Position numbers and translations under genes: made by a program | NCBI GenBank assembly: GCA_950097015.1 | Contig: CATNEN010000005.1 | Location: 124,001-188,000, forward strand | DNA length: 64,000 nucleotides | Direction of reading: 5' to 3' | From: Macrostomum hystrix | Taxonomy: Eukaryota; Animalia; Platyhelminthes | The notes under the pieces: model-generated | The model's database searches: none | Told to the model about the DNA's origin: nothing | The model's input: only the letters and a program-made list of their open reading frames with translations | Part shown: positions 1-11,269 of the stretch, piece after piece | How positions within the stretch are numbered: position 1 is the stretch's first letter | Layout of the letters: the number at the start of each line of letters is the position of its first letter

Positions 1-707
1 GTCACTCTCAGTCACTCTCAGTCACCCTCAGTCACTCTCAGTCACTCTCAGTCACTCTCAGTCACCCTCAGTCACTCTCAGTCACTCTCAGTCACTCTCA
101 GTCACCCTCAGTCACTCTCAGTCACTCTCAGTCACTCTCAGTCACCCTCAGTCACTCTCAGTCACTCTCAGTCACTCTCAGTCACCCTCAGTCACTCTCA
201 GTCACTCTCAGTCACTCTCAGTCACTCTCAGTCACTCTCAGTCACTCTCAGTCACTCTCAGTCACTCTCAGTCACTCTCAGTCACTCTCAGTCACTCTCA
301 GTCACTCTCAGTCACCCTCAGTCACTCTCAGTCACTCTCAGTCACTCTCAGTCACTCTCAGTCACTCTCAGTCACTCTCAGTCACTCTCAGTCACTCTCA
401 GGGACTATCAGTCTCTCTCAGGGACTATCAGTCACTCTCAGTCACTCTCAGTCACTCTCAGTCACCCTCAGTCACTCTCAGTCACTCTCAGTCACTCTCA
501 GTCACTCTCAGGGACTACCAGTCACTCTCAGTCACTCTCAGTCACTCTCAGTCACTATCAGTCACTCTCAGTCACTCTCAGTCACTCTCAGTCACTCTCA
601 GGGACTACCAGTCACTCTCAGTCACTCTCAGTCACTCTCAGTCACTATCAGTCACTCTCAGTCACTCTCAGTCACTCTCAGGGACTATCAGTCACTCTCA
701 GTCACTC
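1..707. repeat. 10-bp tandem repeat (GTCACTCTCA)n
   Basis: About 70 consecutive units with variants GTCACCCTCA and GGGACTATCA; runs off the left edge of the window. Confidence 0.98.
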
Positions 708-917
708 GGACAATGTCAGTCACTTTCAGTTGAAGTCGTGTGGTTCTGAGTGCCAGCTAAAACAATCAAAAGTCTTGCAAAGATTTTGTCACTTCTAAGA
801 ATGAAAAATAAACAAAATCAAAATAAATCTTGAAAATAATCCTATCAAAGCTTACCAAAAACACAGCTTAAAGAGCGCTTTCATTGAGTCATAGATTAGT
901 GTTTGAGCTCGTCTGTT

Positions 918-3900
918 CTACCAGTCATTGGTCTGCCTTAGCGACTCGATAGTTGGCGAGTTCTCAGAATAGAATTGCGAGTACCAGCGCCTATGCTGCA
1001 CCATCAACGAGTCCTGGCTAGATTTGGCCAATACTGGCTTATCCTTGAACTCTTTGTTATTCCAGATCATGATGTCGCGTTCAAATTGAAATGCTTCGCC
1101 ATTCAAATAGATGGTGGCCACAATGTTAGGCACCCAGCATTGCATGTAGATACTGTGGTGTACACGAAGCAGCAGCGGCTCGACAGGGGTTACGCAATGC
1201 AGAAACACGCCCTTGCCGAATACACTGTCGAATTCCAGGTAGACAGCTGCTGGGCCAAGCTGTGAAAGAGAGTTGTTTGGTTCGGCTTCGCTTACTAAAT
1301 ATTTCAGGTCTTAATTCCTCATGGGATCTATAATGGGGATCAGGGATAATGGGGTCAATATCCCTTATAGGGATCAGGGATAATAGGGTCAAGATCCCTA
1401 ATGGGGATCAGGGATAACAGGGTCAATATCTCTGATGGGGATCGCGGATAACAAGGAGATAATCCCTAATTGGGTCAGTGAAACTGAGTCAAGATTTCTA
1501 AATGAGGATCAGGATTAACGTTGTCAAGATTTTTAATAGCTATTAAAAAGATCGTCATTGTCTGCAATAAGTCTACTCGCAGTAGGCTATGAGGACATGC
1601 TCCTAAATTGCTTGAATTCGCTTGTTGACATCCCGCGTCACATGGTTTGGATGATGCATGTCTCATATTTAGGTCATTTTCAACTGAATTTCGTAACCCA
1701 CGACAAAACAACTATTGCTAAAAATATCGTTTATTTATACTGATAGTCGTACCTAAATATAAATACATTTGTTCCCTTAGTTAGGTTAGGCTGTAGCCAA
1801 AGTTGTCAGTGCTTCAGTTTTCTAATCGAGAGGTAAGGTTTCTGCTTTCTGTACGTCTTTAGGCTATTTTCTTTTTAATCCCATTTAGAAAGAAAAACCC
1901 CATGTGTGATTTATTTCAAAGATTCCCAGATTCTCACCTGATTCGCTCTGACAGTCATTTCAACAAATTTGAGATTGTAGCCAAACAGAAATGTTTTCTC
2001 GTGCAGCACCATGACAGCTTGGTGACGATTTTCCGGTTCCGGGCACGGCGTCCAAGTCGCCGAGAAGTTCTGCCACAGGAAGCTGCTCCAACGGCGGAAG
2101 ATGTAGCGCAAATCTGTGCCACTGAAGAAGCTGGGATCGTGCACAGTGGTGAGGTGGGCCACGTCGGCGCCGTTTTGATTGATCTCCTACGCGGCGGCGT
2201 GAGGTTGTTGATTTTTTTCAGCTAGTGTACACTATGAATGTACATTGCCAATGTAAATTGGCGTGTCATGGAGGTTGACTGAATTGGACCAATCAGAAAA
2301 GGAAGCATGGAAAGGAAGACGAGAGAAACGAATTTTCAGGTTAAGCTTTTTAGTCCAGCACTTAGAGCTTCGGACTCCTAAACAAGAGGTCTGGAGTTCG
2401 AATTTCGACAGCCAAAAAAGAAATACTTTGTGTTCTTGAGCATTAAGCTCAATTTTAAATTGGATTAGTTCACCCAACTGTAAAGTGGGCAGCATCATTA
2501 GCTCATGGGTTGATGTAGGCATGAAGATTTTGCGTTTTTAAATACACGATATGTATCGAAAAAGCTAACCTCAATGTGACAATTCACAAAATGGCGAGTG
2601 CGACCCTTGAACGACCATTCGCCTGTGCTAATCTCGTCGATAACTGGCAGGTCCCAGGTTGGTTCGCGACCCTCGGCGTCAAACCAGAGATAGACGCCTC
2701 GGTTGACCTCCTTGACAATGTGACTGGTGACCCGTGCCATGTCGGGTACTGAAAGTTCAGTTGCGGATTTTTCGGTTGCAGATAATAGGATTCTATCAAA
2801 CTAGGTTCACGGTTAGGTGATAAAGACGAAATGGTAGGTTTCTTAAAGTAACAGTTCGGTTATAGGAGTAACGAAAGGCTCATAAAAATCACGGTAGGCT
2901 CATTGGAGTGACGGAAGGGTCATTGGAGTGACGGAAGGGTCATAGGAGTGACAGTAGGGTCATTGGAGTGACGGTAGGGTCATTGGAGTGACGGTAGGGT
3001 TATTGGAGTGACGGTAGGGTCATTAGAGTGACGGTAGGGTCATTGGAGTGACGGTAGGGTTATTGGAGTGACTAGGTAGGTTAATAAGAGTACCGTTAAG
3101 CCATTGGAGTGACGATAGGGTCATTGGAGTGACAGTAGGGTTATTGGAGTGACTGTAGGTTTATAAGAGTACCGTTAAGCCATTGGAGTGACGGTAGGGT
3201 CATTGGAGTGACGGTAGGGTCATTGGAGTGACGGTAGGGTCATTGGAGTGACGGTAAGGTCATTGGAGTGACGGTATGGTCATTGGAGTGACGGTAGGGT
3301 CATTGGAGTGACGGTAGGGTCATTGGAGTGACGGTAGGGTCATTGGAGTGACGGTAGGGTCATTGGAGTGACGGTAGGGTCATTGGAGTGACAGTAGGGT
3401 CATTGGAGTGACGGTAGGGTCATTGGAGTGACAGTAGGGTCATTGGAGTGACGGTAGGGTCATTGGAGTGACAGTAGGGTCATTGGAGTGACGGTAGGGT
3501 CATTGGAGTGACAGTAGGGTCATTGGAGTGACGGTAGGGTCATTGGAGTGACGGTAGGGTCATTGGAGTGACGATAGGGTCATTGGAGTGACTATAGGTT
3601 TATAAGAGTACCGTTAAGCCATTGGAGTGACGATAGGGTCATAGAGTATCGTTAGGTCATTGGAGCAGGGTCATGCAGTATAATAGTACCAATTTAGTAC
3701 TCGACTAAAATTATCTTGAAATCTCCAATTGTTTCATTTTCAAACTAACATTGCTAAGAAATTTTTACGCAAGCAAATAACTTTAAGGATTTCTTAGCAG
3801 TCACAATGCCTCGTAGTAGAATTACGCATAAAATATTGAAGAACCAGACAGACCTCAGCAATTTATCACCCACTTGGAGGTCGAAAATGGAACATTTTCA

Positions 3901-6900
3901 CCAGTTCAGAACCCAGTTGGGTTTGAATTCCTATCTGTCCCTTTCCGCGTGTTTGCGCGGAAAATTCATAAGTAGAAAATATTTTTCTTGCAAAATAGTT
4001 TCCTATGGACAGAATGGAATACTGAAGACTGAAGGAGCTGTGTAAATAGTTAAGACTATTTGTGCATTGCACTCTTACATGTACATAGGTATCCGGGAAT
4101 TTTGTATCCATCAAGCAAAACAAAACCTCCTGAACAGAAGAGCGAGGATGGTGACAAGGTACAGTAAATAGGGGAAGTTAAAGAATGGATCGAAAATATA
4201 GTAGAATAGACGGGAGACCGGAGATTGAATGGGAGACATGGGAGAGAACAGAGAAGAGACAGGAGGAGAAATGAGAGAAGAGACAGGAGGAGAGATGAGA
4301 GAAGAGACAGGAGGAGAGATGAGAGAAGAGACAGGAGGAGAGATGAGAGAAGAGACAGCAGGAGAGATGAGAGAAGAGACAGGAGGAGAGATGAGAGAAG
4401 AGACAGGGGAGAAATGAGAGAAGAGACAGGGGAGAGATGAGAGAAGAGACAGGGGAGAGAGGGGAGAAGAGACAGGAAAGAGAGAGGAGAGAAGAGACAG
4501 GAAAGAGAGAGGAGAGGAGAGACAGGAAAGAGAGAGGGGAGAAGAGACAGGAAAGAGAGAGGAGAGAAGAGACAGGAAAGAGAGAGGAGAGAAGAGACAG
4601 GAAAGAGAGAGGAGAGAAGAGACAGGAAAGAGAGAGGAGAGAAGAGACAGGAAAGAGAGGGGAGAAGAGACAGGAAAGAGAGAGGAGAGAAGAGACAGGG
4701 GAGAGATGAGAGAAGAGACAGGGGAGAGAGGGGAGAAGAGACAGGAAAGAGAGATGAGAGAAGAGACAGGGGAGAGAGGGGAGAAGAGACAGGAAAGAGA
4801 GATGAGAGAAGAGACAGGGGAGAGAGGGGAGAAGAGACAGGAAAGAGAGATGAGAGAAGAGACAGGGGAGAGATGAGAAGAGGCAGGTGAAGGATGGCTG
4901 GCAGATGAGAGGATAGAAAAGGGTGTTGTGAACTACGAGTACGAGTAATAGCTGAAAAATGTGCACCATAGCTGATCATCACGCAAGTTTTAGTCTTAGT
5001 CTGAATGGAGTCTTACTAAATGAAAAATTCCAATGGAAATTTTTATGCTCTGTGGATCGTATCGCTATTGTCACAATACATACCACATTTCAAACTCATT
5101 AGGCGTAGTGTTGTAAAAGTGCATTATAATGTTAGAAAGCATCGTTAAAATTTGCGAAAATTAATACGGTCAATTTATCAAAGTACCATATGCTACTCAC
5201 TTAGAAAAGAGACTTTGAGCAGACAGCAAGATCAGACATTGTTCTGGAGCTGTTCTGTTCTGCTTGCACTTTATTATCAATTTGAATGGACAGCAGCTAC
5301 TTAATTCAATTTATCTTAGATCGATAATGCATTGGATCCCGCCCACGTGTTTTCATGTCGTCCCATGAAGCGTTTATTGCCATAAAAAACTTTTTCTGTG
5401 ATTTTTTTAATTAAACATTTTTTGCGTTTAGGAGAGTGGAATTTTGTTAAAATATAGATAATTTGATCATTCTGCCTCATTAAACAGCATGGCAAATATA
5501 AAAGTACAATAATACTTAAGTCATAGATAGTCACAGCGCCTACTGCGGCAGAGTGGCCACATTAATCTTATTAGAGTAAGCTGAAAGTTTCGACAATGTA
5601 TATGATAATATGAAATCAGATTCCTTATTTTTGGCCTAATATAAGATGTAATGGTCTCGGAATTCAATTTGAGCAGTCGTCGTTAAAGCAGTCTGTATCA
5701 CGGACTACCGATTACTCGCTCAGAAGGCGCCCAATCAACGTCTCGAAAATAAGCAATCGGATATACCATTAATACCCATGCTTTAATTCAAAGGGCGTTA
5801 ATTTCAAATCAGAGGGCACCGTTGGGCCCGGAAAAAGTTACCGGGAATTAATTAATCTATGGCCATTATCGGGCACGATTTTCTGCCCGCCGGGCAGTAA
5901 AATAATAAAAGAGAAGCGAAGGGCAAGAGAAGGATCGAAAGTACGCTTGGACCGGCTCAAACGAAAAAATACCTGTGGCGATATTAACCAACCGCGCACA
6001 AAGAGCAACATCTAACTAAGCTCAAGCATGCGCGAGTGCATCTCACTCCACATTGGTCAAGCCGGCGTACAGTTGGGAAACGCTTGCTGGGAACTCTACT
6101 GCCTTGAACACGGGATTAGACCAGACGGTACAATGGTTCGAGCGAATGAGCCTTCAACCGGCATCTACAATCGTTGCTGTACAGACGTGTTTCAGAATGA
6201 CAATACGTTTAATATGAACGACGACTGCTCAAAACCGGGGACATTCTTTACCGAGACTCTCAATGGGAGGTGGGTACCGCGAGCTGTATTTGTCGACCTC
6301 GAGCCAACGGTGATCGACGAAATCCGTTCTGGCGCCTACCGCAAACTGTTCCATCCAGGCCAGCTCATCACTGGCTTGGAGGATGCAGCTAACAACTTTG
6401 CCAGAGGTCGCTATACCGTTGGCAGACAAATGGCGCCAAAAGCTTCGGAGATTTTGGCGTCGGTTTTGGAACGCTGCGAAATGCCGCAGGGTTTTATGGT
6501 GTTCCATTCGTTCGGCGGCGGCACTGGCTCGGGCTTCGCGTCGCTACTCATGGAACAGCTGGCTAGCGAGTGCAGCAAACTATCACGACTGCTGTTTTCC
6601 ATCTATCCGTCGCCAAGAATCTCCACGGCGGTTGTGGAGCCATACAATGCGACCATGTGCACGCAAGGAGTGCAAGATCGCTCCGAGTGCAGCTTCATCG
6701 CCGACAATGAAGCATTGTACGCAATTTGCAGACGCTGCTTGAACGTTGAACGGCCAACGTACACAAGCCTCAACCGACTGCTCAGTCAGGTTACGTCCGC
6801 AATAACTGCCTCCCTACGGTTTGATGGCGCATTGAATGTTGACCTGAACGAGTTCCAAACCAACCTGGTGCCCTACCCGAAGATCCGCTACCCAATGGTC

Positions 6901-9900
6901 AACTATGCACCGATACTATCTCCGGAGAGGGCCTATCACGAACAGCCGAAAGTGTGGGAAATGACTAGCGCCTGCTTTGATCGGGCCAACCAGCTTGTGA
7001 ACTGCGACACCTCGATTGGCTGCTACATGGCCTGCTGTCTTCTTTACCGTGGCGACGTGACACCCTGCGACGTCAACCATGCCATCAGACGATTGCGAGG
7101 GTACGGAGCAAAGGACGAAAAGCGCGCCATACGCTTTGTAGACTGGTGCCCAACTGGCTTCAAGGTTGGCATCAATAGTCAGCCGCCCACAGTCGTGCCC
7201 GGAGGCGATCTAGCTCGAATGCCGCGTGCGGTGTGCGCTCTGGTCAACACAACGGCAATCTGCGATGCCTGGGATCAGCTCGCATACAAGTTCGACTTTC
7301 TCTATTCAAAGCGCGCATTTGTGCACTGGTTCGTTGGCGAAGGCATGGATGAAGCCGAGTTCAACGAGGCGAGAGAGTATTTGAGCAGCCTGCGAAGAGA
7401 CTACCAAGAGATAGACACAACTTCAACATTGCCGCCAGTGACTGCAGAAACCGGTGACGACTTGTCCCCCTTGCCCAAGAAGGACAACAAACAGAAGTTA
7501 TTGCAAAAGAAAAAACCCCAAAAACAACAACAACAGCAGCGACAGTAGCGGGATCGGCTACATTAGCAGCGCTCGCATTTCTCTATTAAGTCATGCCCTT
7601 TGTTATACAGCTATAGATTTGGATTCTTTGTCAAATCTGCGCCTCTGGGTCCAGCAGGCGGCATTTTCAGACAATTTTAACCTTCGGGGATCATTTTGCA
7701 TTTGCAATTTTCCTGAATTTCGACACGAAAACTCCAGAAAAACAACTGGGGTGAAGCGATGTCGAATATTCAAATTTACGCCGCCACAAGTACACTAAAG
7801 GCGTCAAAAAATAAATATTTCTGTTTGGTAAAAATATATGTTCAGAGTGTCTCTTGTGGTAAAAAATTATGCACTCGAAACACCCTTTTCAACGAAAGAA
7901 AACTTTTTTGGATTGTTAACTTTTTTTGGCCGTGCCCTACGTTTACGAGTGCGTCGTATGGATTGAAAAGTACTCGTTCTTAATCCCTTGACACTAAACA
8001 CAGAGTTGCATAGCTAATTGTATCGCTAAAAATATCTGCAAAAGAGAACATGTTTTAAAGATAATTAGATTTCTAAATTGTATTAGTTGCTCTGCCTGGT
8101 CATTTGCGTGGGCTTCGATTTGCCATATTTGGGACATGGCAGCTTGATGCAACCATTTTCCGGTTAGCCGAATTAGGCACAGTTAAAATTGAAATGAGGG
8201 AATGCGTGCGTCACATTTCTATTTTGCTAGTGTTTTATTTTGTAATATTATTACGTATTTTGTTGCTAGCTCGTTGTAGCCGGTTGGTCTTGTTACATTT
8301 CACCTAAATACGAGTAATTATCAAGCATGTACTCTAGTAATTAGCAACATTTATGGCACCAAAAAAATATTCAATGGTTCAATCTACAGTAAGTGAGTAC
8401 ATGTAGATAATTCCCATGTACTTTTCGTGTACATGTATGTATCTGTGCCTACAGTCAATCCAGTTCTTTCCTCCCTATTCTATAAACGGTGTGAGTGGCG
8501 TTTGACTCGCACTGAGGTCCCCGAGCTCGATTCCGCGGTGAGTTTGAAAAAGCTTGTCATGCAATTCTGACGTCCTTGAGGGTCAACCTCCAAGGTACAG
8601 TGAGAGTGTACACTGCCTAGCGATGAGAAAGTCAGGGCAGATGTACACACCTGTGTGAGCGTGTGTGCTCAGGACTCAGCGGAATGGGCAGTATTGCCTC
8701 CTCGCTGGCTGCGGGTCTATAGTGTCACCAAATGATGAGCCATTGTCCACAGTTCTCCTGCAAATAGTATTATTCCAATTCGGACAGATCCTTCACGCCG
8801 CCACTCACTCTTTCCACCCTCCGGCAGAACCGGAATCCGAGCGCATCGACCGTCCGATCCGCGAAATTGCCAGCCGTGAAACGGGCACTCGATGCAGTCG
8901 CCAACAACGCGACCTCCGATGCCCATGTTGGCGCCGTAGTGTGGACAGTAGGCGTCTAGAATGTGTACTTCGCCGGCCTCCGTGCGAAACACAGCCAGGG
9001 TTTTTCCTGTCAGAAAGTTTTTTTATATTCGATTAGATACAATTACAGTGATCTGTCAAACGAAAGTCATAGTTTGAAAGTCATAGTTTCCTGTCTATTT
9101 TACTCCTGCGTGTGACCTTTGCTTGAGCTATAAATGCGAGATTGCACTTTTCTCGACAGCTCCAAAAGCAGTTTCTAAAGCAGTGAAGATTTTATAATTG
9201 CGCAGAATGCTGTCTGTGCAATAGAGAGCAGATTTCTCTGGGCACAGAATTGCAGCTATAGAGATATGGGACACGTTGAACCCCTTGTGTGCACAATTAG
9301 AGCAAAACACAGCTCTGATAACAGCAATTCGCAATACAGGAAAGACATAGTAACCATGAAAAGAAGCCATTTAGCTGCAATCAAAGACTGTGGCGCCATG
9401 TTTTGATAATTTTTTGTGAAGTATTCATAACGGCACCTAATGCTTAGTAGTTACAAAGTGCGAAGGTTAATAGTACGGTACCTGCATGTACTGTTAAAAA
9501 CTCCTAAGCACAGCTTTTTATTTAATCTTAATGTGGTAATACTTGGTCTATTGATTGCGTCATGCCCTAACTTCGAGTATACTAGAGTAAATAACTGAGG
9601 TATATAATTTTTCGTCTGAAAAGAGAAACAAAATGTGTCTTTTTTCTGGGCCACTGCAAACGCAATAAAATTGTTACAATTAACAATTAACTGCTTGCTT
9701 ATTTATTAACTTACACATCCTTATGCGTTAGAGCACAGCATTCATTATGCCTGTAATGACTAAATAAAAGCGCATTTACCGATGCTTGTAATGTTACCGG
9801 GTGGGTTTACAGGAGTAAAAGTATCATTGAAAGCCAGTGGTTTGTGAGCAATCTATGTAATTGAGAAGAAGAACATTGCTACACAAAGAGCCAATAAACT

Positions 9901-10531
9901 ATTTGCGCCTAGCTGATTAAATCAATTGAAAAATTAATTCACTGAGTCGATCTTACGGTTAAAGAACTTTTGAACGCAGAATAACTCTAAGCTCAGAGTT
10001 CAGTACAATGTTAAGTCAATAATTTCAGTTTAAAACACCAAGCCTGAAACTATTTACTCAATCATCACGACTTAAGAGAGGCATAAGAGAGAAAATAAAT
10101 TGAGATTAGTATGGACAGAATAAAAAACTTGAGAATAGCGATGAGCAAACAGAAGGCTGACAAGCAGACAAACAGACTCTGCTAGTTCGTCACTCACCAA
10201 TCATCTGGACAGACTTCACTTCGCCCGGTTTCAACTGGTCGCTCTCCATCACCAAGTACCAGCCGTTCGGATAGACCGGCGGTACCCGGCCTTCTCGACG
10301 GGCTCGCCTGACCCTATTGGCTGTTTCCATGCGCGACAGTCCGTCAAAGGTGATGTATCCAACGTCCTCCAACGAGCAGCTATAGTCTAGCTTGCGCAGA
10401 AATATGCCATAGACAGCTAAACTGAGCAGGATGACCAAGGCCGGAGCCCAGGCCCACGGAGCCAGGTGAACATCTGGCAGACTGCCGCCAAGTCCATGCT
10501 GAACCAGTTGATGAAACGAGTCTGGCAGCAT
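918..10531 (-). CDS. nvd: Neverland/DAF-36 family Rieske-domain cholesterol 7-desaturase, 5 exons, ~433 aa
   Basis: Exons 10531-10198, 9006-8809, 2748-2570, 2186-1938, 1259-918; all GT-AG and phase-consistent, 1302 nt in total. N-terminal hydrophobic anchor; PPVYPNGWY; Rieske motif CPH-x17-CPFH; mononuclear Fe motif D-x2-H-x4-H (DVAHLTTVH); C-terminal [12 protein letters not shown]...[13 protein letters not shown] typical of Neverland/DAF-36. Confidence 0.95.
1325..1460. repeat. Short degenerate ~32-bp minisatellite in nvd intron 4
   Basis: About 4 copies of GGGGATCAGGGATAA(T/C)(A/G)GGGTCAA(T/G)ATC. Confidence 0.8.
2893..3665. repeat. 20-bp minisatellite (CATTGGAGTGACGGTAGGGT)n in nvd intron 2
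   Basis: About 35 units, with three interspersed TAAGAGTACCGTTAAGC variant segments. Confidence 0.97.
4225..4880. repeat. GA-rich polypurine minisatellite (~24-bp GGAGAGATGAGAGAAGAGACAG-type units)
   Basis: Almost pure purine tract; accounts for the spurious ORFs at 4056-4982. Confidence 0.95.
6028..7548 (+). CDS. TUBA: Divergent intronless alpha-tubulin, 506 aa, nested antisense in nvd intron 2
   Basis: Starts [30 protein letters not shown]; has VFVDLEP, the GGGTGSG tubulin signature, [16 protein letters not shown] (alpha-type catalytic Glu), [14 protein letters not shown] and KRAFVHW. Uninterrupted ORF. Confidence 0.96.
   Translation: MRECISLHIGQAGVQLGNACWELYCLEHGIRPDGTMVRANEPSTGIYNRCCTDVFQNDNTFNMNDDCSKPGTFFTETLNGRWVPRAVFVDLEPTVIDEIRSGAYRKLFHPGQLITGLEDAANNFARGRYTVGRQMAPKASEILASVLERCEMPQGFMVFHSFGGGTGSGFASLLMEQLASECSKLSRLLFSIYPSPRISTAVVEPYNATMCTQGVQDRSECSFIADNEALYAICRRCLNVERPTYTSLNRLLSQVTSAITASLRFDGALNVDLNEFQTNLVPYPKIRYPMVNYAPILSPERAYHEQPKVWEMTSACFDRANQLVNCDTSIGCYMACCLLYRGDVTPCDVNHAIRRLRGYGAKDEKRAIRFVDWCPTGFKVGINSQPPTVVPGGDLARMPRAVCALVNTTAICDAWDQLAYKFDFLYSKRAFVHWFVGEGMDEAEFNEAREYLSSLRRDYQEIDTTSTLPPVTAETGDDLSPLPKKDNKQKLLQKKKPQKQQQQQRQ
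8478..8725 (+). mobile_element. SINE-like interspersed repeat copy
   Basis: B-box-like GAGCTCGATTCC head. The 3' part GTGTGTGCTCAGGACTCAGCGGAATGGGCAGTATTGCCTCCTCGCTGGCTGCGGGTC...GTGTCACCAAAT matches the reverse complement of 46205-46275. Confidence 0.7.
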
Positions 10532-10689
10532 GGTTATTTTGCAACCAAATCTCTTCACGAAATAAATTGTTGTTATTGAATTGTTTTAAAAAATCGTCTT
10601 AAACCTTGGCACACGATTCTTTATAATAGTGGTTCCCGGACTAATCTATCGTCTGTCTTCTGCTTTGCATCCACCTCCACTTTTTTCTA

Positions 10690-10875
10690 CAGTCCGTTGG
10701 CCAATGAAAATTGGCTACGTGAACGTGCAACATCAAAATCTGCATAAGTCCGCCCCCCCCAAAGAAACTAGTGTGTGCATGCATTATTCAGTCAGATATG
10801 CCTATTTTTGGCCACTGTGTTGCGTGCGTGTGTGTGTGTGTGTTGGGGCTTAAACCGCTGGCCAATGACTGGCAG
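10690..10875. promoter_or_regulatory. Putative nvd promoter with CCAAT boxes and a GC box
   Basis: GGCCAATGAAAATTGGC (~10698-10716), CCGCCCC (~10750) and GGCCAATGA (~10860), 160-340 bp upstream of the nvd ATG. Motif match only. Confidence 0.35.
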
Positions 10876-11269
10876 TGACGAGAGAGAGAGCCTAGGAGCC
10901 CCCTAAGTACACGGATTTATGTGGAAAGCCGATCATGGGAGTACACAATTCTGTTTCTAGGCGGATTAGGTTCTGCAGGCGAGGCTGTACTCAAATCTAG
11001 ACAGATGGGAGAAAACTGGCTGGAGAGTGAGTATAGAGGGGAGTGCTGTAAGACTGAAGAATTTCATATTCTGTTGGTTCGCGACTTCAAAAGAACAAAT
11101 TAGCCAGACGAGTCAAGCAATGTTCCGATAAAATATATTGAAATATCTTGCACTTTTCCAAAGGTTCTGATTAATTTCGATGTTATAATCTTATTTCTGA
11201 TCATGAAACATCGACATATTTTTATTTAGTGAATTGATTTATACAGATTTTTCGTAAAATATCATTCGA

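Noticed and set aside
1-707. Terminal repeat as a telomere or subtelomere
   Set aside because: The unit GTCACTCTCA is not TTAGGG-like, and the window edge is arbitrary.
975-2225. Plus-strand ORFs 975-1265 and 1902-2225
   Set aside because: They are antisense shadows of nvd exons 5 and 4; the minus frames carry the conserved motifs.
4056-4982. Long Leu/Ser-rich and Arg/Glu-rich ORFs
   Set aside because: They are translations of the GA-rich minisatellite, with no stops simply because of base composition.
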